Positions 49,406 to 62,730 of a stretch of DNA of 64,000 nt are shown here, piece after piece. How positions within the stretch are numbered: position 1 is the first letter of the stretch; the number at the start of each line of letters is the position of its first letter. Both the position numbers and the translations under genes were made by a program. The stretch is from positions 1,506,963 through 1,570,962 of the forward strand of contig NC_057760.1 of NCBI RefSeq assembly GCF_004010195.1. The letters run 5' to 3'. The stretch comes from Chiloscyllium plagiosum (lineage: Eukaryota). Under the pieces are notes generated by a model that did no database searches, was not told the DNA's origin, and worked only from the letters and a program-made list of their open reading frames with translations.

Positions 49406-52400
49406 CCGTTCCCTTGGTATATCTACTGGGAGTATCAGCCTGGATCCTTGTGATCGGATTCAGGAATGGGACTTGAACATGTTGACTGAGGAGTGTGAGC
49501 TACACTCATTGAGCACTGGATGACACAGTTGATCCTGCTCTTGTCTTGATACTTTAATATTTCAGTGAATACTGTAGTGGTCTTGATCTCTTCCGCTTGC
49601 TTAGGTATGCCCTTAGCCGATGACTTTGCAGACTCATGCTTTTACCGTGGTCTTGAAAGGGACTTTTAAAGCCTCAAGGCTATTTAATCTATGGGCCAAA
49701 GAAAATCCAGTGTTGCTGTGACCTCTGATAGCTTTGGTCACCACCCACTGGGTTGAGAGTGACCTAGTTTTGTTTTCTGGGGATGGTGAGTGTGTTGTAT
49801 CACATGCAGCACCATTTGGAGCAGCCTAATTAATCCCCCCGGCGTCACTGGAATATCAACTGATTGCTTGTCAATCTGGGGCAGGAAGTGCAGTGTCAGC
49901 ACAGACTAGCAATTGATGCCAATTCAGTAAGCAATGCAAGATTTCCATAAACTAGCTGTGGGCCTTTGAGGTTTCAGCTTCCCAAAAAAAATAAGAAGGC
50001 ATTGTGGTTTGATGGCTGTAATTGGTCCCTGGCCTCCGATTAAGTTGGAGCCCTGATCGCTCCAAGGTCTTTTTTTTTAAAAAAAGTAAAGTAAAAGCAC
50101 ACGGTGTCAACTTCTCAGAGGCGAGCACTTTGGGTAGAAGATTGCTAGCCCTTCCGGGAAATTGCTCCTTCCACCTGGAGCGGGGTAACAGACAGCTGTT
50201 TGTACCTGTGCTAGATGTTGTTGGGGCAGCACTGTGGAGCTGTGTGCGTGCATCATATGCCACAGGGCAGAGCCTGTCCCCTTGACGCAAGAGACACCGT
50301 GGTAGGGAATAGCGAGGGTGGTCCCAGCTGGCAGGATGGGTGGTCTTATCTTTAGTGAGCCAGGCACTCTTCGCCCTCCACATCTCGCATTTTTGGACGT
50401 TTACAAAGCACTTGCTTAGCTGTGCACTTTCACTCTCCCTTTTATTCTGTGGATGGATGCAGCTGTCGCTGACTAGGTTGCCCAGTCCCTAATTGCCCCT
50501 CAGTGTCCTGCTCAGCCCATTTCAGAGGGCAGCTAAGAGTTGACCCCTTTGCTGTGGGGTCTGGAGTCACATGCAGGACTGGACCGGGTCAGGACTGCAG
50601 ATTTCCGTCCCTGTTACTGAATCCCCATGTGGGTTTTTACCACAATCGACAATGGTTGTCATGATCACCATCCCTGCGGCTTTCAATTTCAGACTTTATT
50701 CATTAAGTTTAAACTGCTCCAGGTGCCGTGGTAGCATTTGGACCTGTGTCCCTCAAAACATTAGGCCAGGTCTCTGGGATACCGGTACCAGTAATGTCAC
50801 CACAACGTCAAAATCCCTTCTCTCTTGCAATCAGACAGGCCTCAGATTCCAAGTTACAGGAGAATACTTGGGGACGGATACCAGGTTTGGTGAGGGAGTT
50901 GCATAGCAGAATTGCCTGGAAAGGATGGGTGAGGCTAATTTTACAAAGGCTGCTGTGGGCAAAGCTAACATCAAATGGGCTGAGTCGTCACCTTTGCACA
51001 AATGGATTTCTTCTGAAGTGCCAGACTAATAGAGTCAGTGTGATAAGAGTAGGGGCGATTGGTGCTGAATTGATTGGCCTCTGTGAGGGATAATATGCGC
51101 ATGACACCACAAAGTTAAAGCACGGAGGAGATGAGAGAAATCAGAAACCATTGATGATGTGCTTGGTGATGTGATGATGTGCAAAATCAGCAGTTTTGTG
51201 ATTTTAAAATCCTGCCGATTGCGACTGGGAGAAGGAGACTGAGAGAGCAGGAGGTTGTAAGTCATGAGGAGATTCTGAGCACAGGGGCGAGGCATCCTTT
51301 ACGTCTGTATTGTAGGGAAGGTTGATGCATTTGGGGAATCATTGAGAAACGAAGTGTTGCTTAGAAATAAAAGATCACAGAGAGGAAGCAACGGGAGCTG
51401 AGTGTAAAGACTACAGGGGAGAGGGTGATCTTTATCCAATGAATAGGATTTGACCTGTCCAGTTCCACTGTAATCAGATGGGTCAGATTGGGCAGATGTA
51501 CAAATCCTATCATGCGGTTGGATGGGGGAGCTTAAATGCTAATAAATTTTGCTTGCTTTCCTGGGAGTAGTGTCTCAAAACTGCTCTCATTACAGTGTTA
51601 AAATAATTTATAGATATTGGGAAAAGTGAAGAAATCCTTTACTATTGCTGGCGTGTACTTTAATCTTTGGATAAGTATGATAGAAATGACCTTTCTCTCT
51701 TGTAGTCTCCCTTGCCTGGGCTCTCTTGCCCATGCTCGCCAACTCTCGCACTCACCCTCTCCCTTTCATATCTTATTCCCTCATTCTCTCTTTCTCTCTC
51801 ACCCTTGCATTCTCTCATTCTCTATATTCTACTCAGGTTTTCTCTGTCTTTCACTCTCTCACTCACTCTTGCCCCTGTAACGCCTGGCTCCCCCGACTCT
51901 CCAGCATCCCTGTCTCCAGGCCCCCCCACCCCCTTCTCCAGCCTCCTCCTCACTTTCCAGTATGATCCCTCTCCCGTTGCTTTGGTTATGTAATTTCCTG
52001 ATTTATATTTGTGGTTAATCACTCCTGTGATTTCTCTCTCAATATGTCTTGTTCCACCGCATGTTGTAGGGATATGACTGAACACCTCAGAAAGCTGAAC
52101 TGCATGCAGAATGCCTCAACCTATTTTCTTAGAATGACTTGAAACTTGAAATCCAGTAACTATTTGAGATGTCTGCCTGACAACATAACTATCAGATTAA
52201 AATGGGGAGTTGGACATCACTTGCTGTAGGTTGGCAATTTACGACCATCCACTATCATCAACCAAATAAAGCAAAATGTCAAGGTTAGTTGAAGTGTAGA
52301 GTTTGATGGCTGAATCACGCAAGGAAATCAGACAAGTGGTCTGAGCCTAGGTCAAAGACGTTGGTTTTAAGGAGTGTTTTAAAGGAGGAGAAAGAGAGAG

Positions 52401-52713
52401 AGAGAGGCGGAGAGGTCTCAGGAGGGAATGTCAGAAACTGGTCCTCAAGCAGCTGGATGCACAGCTGTCAATGGCGAAACAGAATGGCAGGGTTATGGTG
52501 GACGGGTGGGTGAGTGGAGGCGAGTCCACAAAGAGATCAGCCATGATCTGAATGAATGGCGAAGCAAGCTCAAGGGGCCAGATGGCCTAATCCTGCTCCA
52601 GCTTTTCAAGTTCTTATGATTGGAATCGAGGGATGCTCAAGAACCATAGATATAACTGAATCCCAAGCTCCAACAAAGCATTTTTGTGTATTTGTACTTC
52701 TCGTTTCACTATC

Positions 52714-52807
52714 CTGATGAAGGGCTTATGCCCAAAATGTCGACTCTCCTGCTTCTCGGATACTGTCTGACCCGCTGTGCTTTTCCAGCACCACACTTTT
52801 CTACTCT
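52714..52807 (+). mobile_element. 94-bp PLE family 'A' insert with 11-bp TSD, starting at the hammerhead core
   Basis: TSD GTTTCACTATC at 52703-52713 and 52808-52818; the insert begins CTGATGAAGGGCTTATGCCCAAAATGTC. Confidence 0.85.
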
Positions 52808-53234
52808 GTTTCACTATCTGCTCAATCTTCAGGACATGCTACATTGAGAAATTGAAAGCATTGTGTATCCTCACAATCTTTGCCAAATTTCCTTTGAGTG
52901 ATTTGAGGATATTGAATGTTGTACTTTTTCAGCTTGGTTAACGGATACCAATGTCTGCTACATGTTGTGTCTGTGCTGTCTCTTCCCCAGTGCAATCTAA
53001 AACTGGTAAGAGCCCTGCTCACTCACCTCTGAGCCCTATACCTTCGACAACCTCTAATTGTTTGAATAGCCCTCACTCCCATGTACACCGATGTCAAAAT
53101 GTCTCATACTCCTAATAATTCAGTTAAATTTACCTCATCATCGGCTTGGTACCTTCCAAATTAATGTTTCCTCACCACTGCTCATCAAAACCTTTTTCTC
53201 CTGCTATTTCACCTTGTGGAACCTTGATCAAATC

Positions 53235-54530
53235 TGAAATAAAAGCAGAGTGCGCAGGTCTGGCACTATCTATGGAGAGAGAAACAAAGTTAACGTTTTG
53301 AATCCAGTATGACTATTCTTGCTGTGAAGATGAGCCATATCATATGTCAACAAGATAGAATCCACGCCGCCCCCCGCCCCCCCCCCCCACCGGTCCTCAT
53401 CTTCCACCCCATCAATCTCCAGATACAACATATCATCTTCTGCCATTTCTGCTACATACAGTCAGACCCCACTACCAGAGATCTATTTCCCTCCCCACCC
53501 ATATCAGCATTCTGCAGAGACCATTCCCTCCATGGCTCCCTTGTTAGATCCACACCCCCACTCCCAAATCAGCCTTCACTCCCGGCACCTTCCCTTGCCA
53601 CCGCAAGAGGTGTAAAAACCTGTGCTCACCCCCATCCAAGGCCCCAAAGGATCCTTCCACGTCCGGCAGAGATTTTCCTGCATGTCCAAACACCTCATCT
53701 ACTATGTTCATTGCTCTCGATGTGGTCTCCTCTACATCGGAGAGACAGGACACCAACTCACCAATCCCACCGCCCTATGGCCTCTCCCACACCGTCCAGG
53801 ACATGCAAGAACTGGGCTGCCTCCACCATCCAATCCTAGTCCCCAAATGCCTGGAGGAAGAATGCCTCATCTTCCGCCTTGGGACCCTCCAACCACACAG
53901 CATCAACATTGATTTCGCCAGTTGCCTCATGTCCCCTCCCCCAACCTCATCGCAGATCCAACTCTCCAACTCAGCACCACCAAGCATCAAAACATTTGTT
54001 TATAAAATCATTGAAACCCTAGTGTGGGAGCATGCTATTCAGGCCATCATGTCCACAACAACCCTCTGAACAGCATCCCACCCAGACCATTCCCTACCCC
54101 ATCCCTGTAACCCTGCATTTCCCCTGGCTAATCCAACCAGCCTGCATATTCCTGCAAGCTATGGGCAATTTAGCATGGCCAATCCACCTAAGCTGCACAT
54201 CTTTGAATTGTGGGAGGAAATCGGAGGACCCAAAGGAAACACACGCAGACATGGGGAGAATATGCAAAATCCACACAGACAGTCTAAGGATAGAATCGAA
54301 TCACTGTTCCTGAGCCTATGAGAAACTACGCACTCCTCCTGCCTGGCATCACCATCTCCCCCCCCCCCCCCCCCCGCTCCCTATTTATCGCTCAGCCCTC
54401 TTCCTGCCACATTCCTGATGAAGGGCTTATGCCTGAAATGTTGACTGTCCTGCTCCTCGGATGCTGCCTGACCTGCTGTGCTTTTCTCGCGCCACACTTT
54501 TTGACTCTGATCTCCAGCATCTGCAGTCCT
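53235..54530 (+). mobile_element. Penelope-like element remnant (GIY-YIG endonuclease) with an inverted terminal piece at the 5' end and an HE1-like SINE nested at ~54010-54310
   Basis: HLIYYVHCSRCGLLYIGETG (GIY-YIG) and LEEECLIFRLGTLQPHSINIDF; hammerhead-like CTGATGAAGGGCTTATGCCTGAAATGTT at 54415. Confidence 0.85.
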
Positions 54531-54534
54531 CGTG

Positions 54535-56670
54535 TGGACTTTCTCCATGTGGATGCTCCTATAAGGGGCATGGCAGTGCAGGATCTAATTCTGGGAAATG
54601 AAGCCAGTCAGGTGTTCGAGGTGACAGTGGCAGGTGCATTTTAGTGATTTTTAAGTACAGTTTAGATTTGTTTTGGAAAATGAGAAAGGTGGCCTGTTTT
54701 TAAAAAAACAAAATGGCTTTGCCGTTGTGTAAAGCAGCTGAAAAATGTGTTGCTGGAAAAGTGCAGCAGGTCAGGCAGTGTCCAAGGAGCAGGAGAATCG
54801 ACGTTTCGGGCATAAGCCCTTCTTTGGACTTTATTAAAATAAGTCGGGATTGGGCCAAAATGGGAACAGCTATTTGAGGATAAATCCACAGCACAACAGT
54901 GGGAGGCATTCAAAAAGGTACTGGGGGAGAAGTACAAGCCATGCATTGTTCCCTTTATGATGAAATGTAGGATCAACAAGCCCAGAGGACCATAGATGTC
55001 CAGGAAAGGGGCATCGGAGTGTGGCAACATATTACACTTTTCACCGTGTTTATTTGTTGAATACAAGTGACAATAAATTAGTCAATTCAATTCGATTAAA
55101 TGCAGATACAGAATTTGAGAAAATGGACTCTTGAGCGGATTGATGTAAGGAACAAGGAGGCTTTGGTGAATTTTAAAATGGACAAATCCCCAGATTCGGT
55201 TGAGTTGTATCCTAGATTTCTGCGGTGGGGGGGGGGGGGGCTAAGGAGGAAATTACAGGGGCCCCCAGCCAAATGTTTTAATTGTCTCTGGCCGCAGCGG
55301 TGGTGCCAATTTGCAAGAAGGTTGGTCGACGTAGACAAGGCCAGCGAGTCTTAACATCGGTGGTATGGAAGCTATTGTAGAAAGTAGTTCAGGAGAAAAT
55401 TAATCTCCAGTTAGGGAGGTTAAGGTTCAGTCAGGAATAGTCTGTGTGGCAAGATCAGAGAAAGATCATACCTAAAACAAAAAATCTAGTGGAATCTTTT
55501 TGAGGAGGTGATCAAGTGTTTACTGAAGGTAGCGCAGGTCTTATTGCTTATATGGATTTTAGCAAGGCCTTTGACAAGGTCCCACATCGGAAACCGATTT
55601 TAAAAATGTCAACGGTCCTGGCCAGTTGGATCCAGGATTGGCTTAGCGGTAGGAGGTGGTTGTAGTAGGCTGTTTGTGTGACTGGAGCCCAGTGTGCAAT
55701 GGTGTGCCACAGGCTGCGTTCCTTATTGTTGTGATATTTGCAAATGATAAAGCTGAGAGTGTGGGGGAGATGAGAAGCAAGTTTGTGAATGACCCAAAGG
55801 TAGCAGTAAGGAGGAACCTGTCAGTTTACAGGATGATATAACCGGATTGGTCAGATCAATGGCAAATGGAATTAAACCCCAGTAAATATGAAGTGATACA
55901 TTTTGGAAGAAGGAACAAGGTAAGGGATTACTCATCGAAAGGCAATTTACCAGGAAACACTGAAAAACGTAGGGACTTTGGGGTGCTAGTCCACAGATCC
56001 CTGAAGGTGACAGGACTGTCTAATAGGGTAAGTTAAAGCTAAAAAGGACACTTGCCTTCATCAGTTGTGACAGATTATAAGAGCAGGGAGCTCATGCTGG
56101 AACTGTGCAGAACTTTGGTTAGGCCACAGCTGGAATGCCGTGTGCAGTTTGGGTCACCACACTATGGGAAGGAAATTATTGCGCTGGGCAGGGTGCAAAG
56201 GTGATTCACCAGGATGTTGCTCAGAACAGAGGCTGGATAAACTCAGGTTGTTTTCTTTGGAGCAGAGAAGGCTGGGGAGGGGACCCGATAGAGAGGTCGA
56301 AGATTATGAGGGGTGTGGACAAGCCGAATAGAAAGCAGCTGTTTCCCTCAGTCGAAGAGGGCAATAACAAAGGGGCTTAATTTTAAAGTGAAAGGCAGGA
56401 AGTTTAGAGACAGTTGGAGGAAAATCTTTTTCACCCAAGCGGCGGAAGGGGAGGGGAGCGGTCCTGGAATGCAGGGCCTGGGAGGGTAGTTGAGGCTGGA
56501 AACCTCACAACCATTTCTTAAAAAAAAGTACTTGGATGAGCACATGAAGTATCATAACATTCAAGGCTATGGATTTTGTGCGGGGAAGTGGGACCAGTGT
56601 CGGTAGTCATATATTTTTTGGCAGCACAAACTCAATAGGCTGAGATGCCTCTCCTGCACTGTATTATTCC
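54535..56670 (+). mobile_element. Old CR1 LINE ORF2 remnant with a PLE family A fragment (54735-54824, -) nested
   Basis: MDKSPDS.ELYPR, YMDFSKAFDKVPH, NGVPQ and LVRPQLEC motifs, heavily frameshifted. Confidence 0.85.
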
Positions 56671-56755
56671 ATGGGAGTGGTTGGTGGTGTGTGTGAGATT
56701 TCATGGATGTGTGGAATACAATTTAACCCCCTATTGCATTGCTTGAAAATCATAA

Positions 56756-57281
56756 ATCACACAACACCAGGTTATAGTCCAACAGGTTTAGATTAGATTA
56801 GATTAGATTACATTACATTACAGTGTGGAAACAGGCCCTTCGGCCCAACAAGTCCACACCGACCCGCCGAAGCGCAACCCACCCCATACCCCTACATTTA
56901 CCCTTTACGTAACGCTACGGGCAACTTAGCATGGCCAATTCACCTGACCTACACATCTTTGGACTGCGGGAGGAAACCAGAGCAGCCGGAGGAAACCCAC
57001 GCAGACACGGGGAGAACGTGCAAACTCCACACAGTCAGTTGCCTGAGGCGGGAATTGAACCCGGGTCTCTGGCGCTGTGAGGCAGCAGTGCTAACCACTG
57101 TGCCACTGTGCTGCCCACAAGTGGAGGCACTAGCTTTTAGAGCGCTGCTCCTTCATCAGGTGGATGGTGAAGGAGCAGCATTCCAAAAGCTACTGCTTCC
57201 AAATAAACCTGTTGGACTATGACCTGGTGTTGTGCAATTTTTAATTTTGTACACCCCAGGCCAACACCAGTACCTCCAAAT
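56756..57281. mobile_element. PLE family 'B' fold-back insert carrying a full-length HE1-like SINE (56788-57116, -)
   Basis: Inverted arms resume across the SINE; back-to-back degenerate hammerheads at 57128-57195; imperfect TSD CTTGAAAATCATAA / CTTGAAAGTTATAA. Confidence 0.85.
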
Positions 57282-57997
57282 CTTGAAAGTTATAATATTC
57301 CTATATAAGTGGAGCATTGATATGTCTCCAATGCTCTCATTCCTGACAGTAGCATTCCCCCTCCTCCGCTGCCAACCTCCCCTCCCTTATTGATTTTGTT
57401 TTCTTTTTGTGTATTGTTGTTAATGAGATGAATATCTCCCGAAACCTCCTGATGCATTCTTTTTAGTTAACCACACTCTCTCTAGATGACTTTTCATTGC
57501 AAAACAGGTTTCTGCGCTTTATTGCAAAACTGAAAAGGCAGTGGGGGGTGGGGGGAGGTGGTGTCAGTGTTGGGAGTGGAGTGGTGGAGGAAGGAGGTGA
57601 ACGAGAACCAGCCATGTTCTGTGCCAACCCTCGCTAATCTCCCCGGAGCCCCGGCTTCTCAGCTCATCGGCTATCCCTGGTATTGTGAAGAATTATGGAC
57701 TGAAGAAAGGGGTAAAGGGAGAGACGGGAATAACCGGGGACCTTCCGAAGTTCAAGGCAAGCAGGTATTGCACAAGCTGAGCTGGCATTGCATGTCTGTA
57801 TAATCTACTTAAGTCAGATGGAGCTTTTGTGACTGTGCTGTTTCAACGTTGCTTGTGGTAACAAGTGTCGGTCTTCTAGCATCTAGCATGGTGCTCCTAA
57901 AACAGGTCCAAGTCCCCACCTCAATATTACCCTGGTTTAAAATTTATTGGACTTGCACTGAAATGGGATAGGTCTGATGTCAGTAAAATTTTTCAAG

Positions 57998-57999
<2 letters not shown>

Positions 58000-58057
<58 letters not shown>

Positions 58058-58064
58058 GTGTCTC

Positions 58065-58102
<38 letters not shown>
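58000..58102. repeat. (CT)n microsatellite
   Basis: Directly visible. Confidence 0.95.
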
Positions 58103-58103
<1 letters not shown>

Positions 58104-59939
58104 TGTTTTTCTCTCTGGCTTCTTGAGGGCACTGGGAACTTCAGTCAAGTGCCTGGGGGGTGCCCGCAAGTGAGGCTTGCCAAGGCAGCTGGATTAGGGT
58201 GGTAGTATACTGTCGAAATCAGATGTCTGTGGACACAGTGAGACTGTCAGCTTGTGAATGTTCTGAGTCTACTTGCCCCACTCCCAAAACGGTGCATTTC
58301 CCAATCCTTTTCTGTTCAGGAAAAAGAGGTCAACCCTCCCCCTGAACCATTTCAGCTGGGCCATGACTGCTTTAGATCCTCACCGGTCTGTTTGTAGTTA
58401 GAAAAAGGAACAGCCATCATTCCAAACCCTTGAGCCTGCTCCACTGTTCGTGGCTGATCTGATTATTCCACATTCTCATCTTCTCCCAGTAACCTTTCAC
58501 CTCCTTGCTTATCAAAAATCGATCTATTGCTGCCTTAAAAATATTTGAAGATGTTTTTTTCCTCTTTATTCTTTCACAGGGTTGGAGGGTTGCCCATTTG
58601 TTGCCCCCCCCATCCCTATTTTCCCCCTGAACTGAGTGGGCTGTTCCCGAGGACCGTTAAAAGTCAATCCCATCGCTGTGGATCTGGAGTCACACGTAAA
58701 CCCGGATCAGTTAAGGATGCCAGATTTTCTTCCGTAAAAGGCAGTGGGGTATTTTTTTAAAAGGGCGATTTATGACGGTTGCAAGAACAGAAATTGCTGG
58801 GAAAGCTCAGCAGGTCAGGCAGCATCTGTGGAGAGAAAGCAGAGACAAAGTTTCAGCTCCCGGGACTAGCTTTCAATTCCGATTTTATTCGTTGAATTAC
58901 ACAGGACCTGTGGTGGGATTTGAACCTGTGTCGCAGAGGGTGACACCACCACCCTCCCTGCTTCCACTGCCTTCTGAGGAATTCTAAAGACTCATGACTC
59001 TCTGAGATGAAGTATCCCTGCCATCTCTGTCTTTAAATGGGCAGCCCGTTGTTGTTAATCAGTGATGTCCAGTTCTAGAGTCTGTCCCCTCCAGATCCAT
59101 CCTTTCAGCATCTCTCACACTTCAGTCAAATTGCTCCTCACTTTTCCAAATTCGAGAAACCATAAGTTTAGCCTATCCAAACATCCTGCCTGGGGCAACC
59201 AGTCCATTCCTTAGCCTGGTGAAACTGTATTGAACTTCCTTCCTTAAATAATGAGATCAGTGCTGGACATGGTGGTCCAGATGTGGTTCCATTTAATGCC
59301 CAGAATAACTGAAGTATAATCTTCCTTGGCGGAGCAGACTTACTTATTTCTATTTGCTGTCTTTAATTTATCTGTTATATTTAACTACATGCCCAAACAA
59401 GCTAATGAACCTGTTGGGTGATTGCAAAAGATGAGGCTTGTGTACTTTTGCCCATTGGATCTCCTTACGTGCCTCACTAGCACTGTCACATCGTCCTGAA
59501 CCTGACTGTTGAGCAGGTTGGATGACCATGTTCTAAGGGGTGTTACTGCCCCCAGTATGAAGCATCCAGGGCAACCTTCGTCTCTCCCTGACTTGTTGCG
59601 GTGACTGAAGATCAACCTCCAGCTCATAAACTCTGAGCTAAAGCTACTAGAACCACAAATACTGCAGATGCGTTTGTCCTGAATTTTCACTGACATTGAG
59701 GGCTCCCACAAGCTGCAGCTGTGACACATCCCCATGTCTGCCACCCTGAACATATTTGATTCAAATAATTTTAATAATTGAATCATTTTCACTTTTAAGT
59801 ATTGTATTACCTCAAAGCACCACTGTTTTGAATCTTTCGAATAGTATAGATGCTCAGCACTTACCATTAAACGATTAGCCTCTTTCTCTGTAGTGGAGTA
59901 TGAGCTAATCCTACAAGGTGAAAATGTTAGAAAAGGCAA

Positions 59940-60490
59940 AATCGAAGGAACACCCAAGTCCCTTACTCTGGCAACTGCCAGCACTCTCACCCTCAGTATC
60001 CACTTCCATGTCCTACACCTCCTTATCTCTGTCACCACCTTACATCCACCCCATCTCNNNNNNNNNNNNNNNNNNNNNNNNCTGTAAAGCCTTCTCCAGC
60101 TCCTATACCCCCCCCATCCCTATTTCTATAATTTCCTCCAGCCCATACACTCCTCCCTATCTCTATAACATCTTCATGGCCCTGCACCTCTCCCCATTTC
60201 AGTAGATTTCTGCAGTTGTCCACTTTCAGCTCCTTGTGATACCTGATATCCAGTGTTCCACTGTGCGCGGCTGTACTTTCAGCTGAGTTGGGCCCTAAGC
60301 CTTAGAATTCCCTCCCTAAACCTCCCCGTCTCTCTGTCTCTCCTGCTTTAAGATGCTCCTTAAAACTGACCTGTTTTATCTAGTTTTGGATGCCTGTCTG
60401 TTCTAATTGATGCACTCTGTTTTTGAAGTGCCTTGGAGCCTTTTATTACATTAATTGCACTGTGTAAATGTAAGACAACAAAGTTGTTAT
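59940..60490 (+). mobile_element. L2-type LINE 3' end
   Basis: CTTCATGGCCCTGCACCTC...GGCCCTAAGC...AATTCCCTCCCTAAACCTC...TTTAAGATGCTCCTTAAAAC...TGTAAATGTAAG tail. Confidence 0.6.
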
Positions 60491-61234
60491 CTGAGAGAGG
60501 AGCCCAAGGCCTTGACCTTTAGGGTCAAGGGCAAAAAGGCACAGAGATGTCTCAGGCTGTGCAAGAACCCCATGCACGTGTTCCAGTGTGGAAATGCCAG
60601 GCGACTATGGAAACCATTGCGTCTGAGAGCGGGCCTCCAGCAAAGCCTGGTACGCAGCCCTGTGCTGGGATCACACCTACCTCCCAGAGCAAACGGGGTG
60701 TTTTTTCACAACTGCACGCAAAAGCAGATCGTAAAGTTGACACGTTCAGAGGCTAATATGTGTTAGATCATATCTGAACAGGAAGAGGCCATTCGTCTCC
60801 TGCATCCTGTTCCCAGACTCCATCTACCCGCCCTTGCCCCATGTCCCTTAATACTTTGATGAGCAATTATCTATCAATCTCAAATTTAAAATCTTGCAAA
60901 AGGGTACCAAGTTTCTCTCACCCATTGAAATGTTCTCTCATTCCACTTCTGACGTGTTGTGCTCTAATTTCTTTTAACTCTATTCCTTAGTCCTGGACTC
61001 CCCAGCTTGCGGTATTAGCTTCTTTGCAGCTGTTCTATCAATTCCACTTCATCAACACCTTTACTCTTCTAAATTCCAGGGAATACCATTGAAGACCAGG
61101 TGACATTCTAGGTAATCTACACTGCAGCGACTCAAAGCCTGTCGGTCATGCCCAAGGTGCTAGAGACATTTTTTTGGAGGGCAGAGGTTTGGCGAGAGGG
61201 GAAGGAGGAAGATCTGTCCATCTGGAGCTTGGAG

Positions 61235-61770
61235 AGTCATAGAGCTGTAGAGCATGGAAATAGAACCTTCGGCCCAAATCATCCTTGCCGGCCAGATATC
61301 CTAAATTAATCTAGTCCCATTTACTAGCATTTGGCCTATATTCCGCTGAACCTTTCCTATTCATATACCCATCCGGATGCCTTTTAAATGTTACAGTTGT
61401 ACCCGCCTCCACCACTGCCTCTGGCAGCTCATTCCTTACATGCATCACCCTCTGCATGAAGCATTTGCCCATCAAGTCCCTTTTATATCTTTCCCCTCTC
61501 ACCTTAAACCTATGGCCTCTAGTTTTGGACTCCCCTACCCTGGGGAAAAGACTTTAGCTATTCACCCTACCCATGCCCCTGATGATTTCATAAACCTCTA
61601 AAAGGTCACCTCAGTCTCCAATGCTCCAGGGAAAACAGCCCCAGCCTATTCAACCTCTCCTTTTCATTCAAACCTTCCAACTCCAGCAATACCCTTGTAA
61701 ATCTTCTCTGCGTCCTTTCAAGTTTAACATCTTTCCTATAGAAGGGAGCAGCTGTGTTGTACAGTACATA
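61235..61770 (-). mobile_element. CR1 LINE 3' end
   Basis: RKDVKLERTQRRFTRVLLELEGL..RLNRLGLFSLEHWRLR. Confidence 0.9.
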
Positions 61771-62529
61771 CCAGACCTGGTTCTTTACCATGCCTCTCCT
61801 GTGCACTCTCTGTCCCCTGTTCTGCTCCCAGTTGAACCTCTCTCAGTTAGTGGGGAGCTCCGCACTCATCTCCATGGATCATGTTGAAGGGTTCAATGCT
61901 CTGTTCCTGTTCTAATGTCAAACCTGATGGCATGAACCTGCCCCTCTTCCTGCTCAAAGGAGGAATTCTGTTCGGCTTGTGTCCCTGTCCTTCCAAGTTT
62001 GTGTTAATCTGGCTTTGTCAGGTGTAGTCTGTAAAGTTTAGGATGAGTCAGGAATGATATGTTGTGTGTGATAGTTGTTCACAACTTAAAGGTCCTTTTA
62101 TTTTTGGTGAGTGACTACGCCTTCAGTTGCCTCAACGTTAAACTCTGGAATTTGCTTAGTTACAACCAAGTGAGGAGGGTTGAATCAGCTCCTTTGTTTT
62201 TTCACCGCTCTCATTCAGTTGTAATAAATATTGAAAATACTTTTTAATATTCAGCTGTCTCATGTCAATTAAAATGTAGTAGTGGTGAAAATGAAGGGAC
62301 AAGTTTTGCTTGAGTGGGATAAAGAGGAATTACTAACTCCAAGATAACTAATAAACTACAACATCAAATACACATTTAAAGTGGGAGTGTCTAAAAGAAA
62401 GATAAGGATTGTAAAATTTTAAAAGTTCTAAAATAGTCATTAAGTGTTAGAGTTGAACCTGAGACCACAGCTTTTTGGCTGATTCTCTGCAGGACCACGT
62501 TTGCAGAATCCTTGAGTTCTCGCTCAACA

Positions 62530-62730
62530 AAGACAAAATACTGTGGATGCTGGAAATCTGAAACAAAAGCAAAGAATGTGGGAGAAACTCAGTAAGTCTG
62601 GTGCCATCTATAGAGAGAGAAACGGAAGTTAACTTTTCTAAAGAAGAACCATATCAGAGTCAAAGCATTAACTTATGTTTCTCTCTCCACTGATGCTGTC
62701 AGACCTCCTGAATTTCTCCGCATTCTCTAT
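62530..62730. mobile_element. Old PLE family 'C' fold-back remnant
   Basis: Imperfect inverted arms turning at ~62635 (TTCTAAAGAAG). Confidence 0.6.

Noticed and set aside
59385..60038. 217-aa minus-strand ORF
   Set aside because: It spans unrelated L2, AT-rich and CR1-like remnants; no coherent protein.
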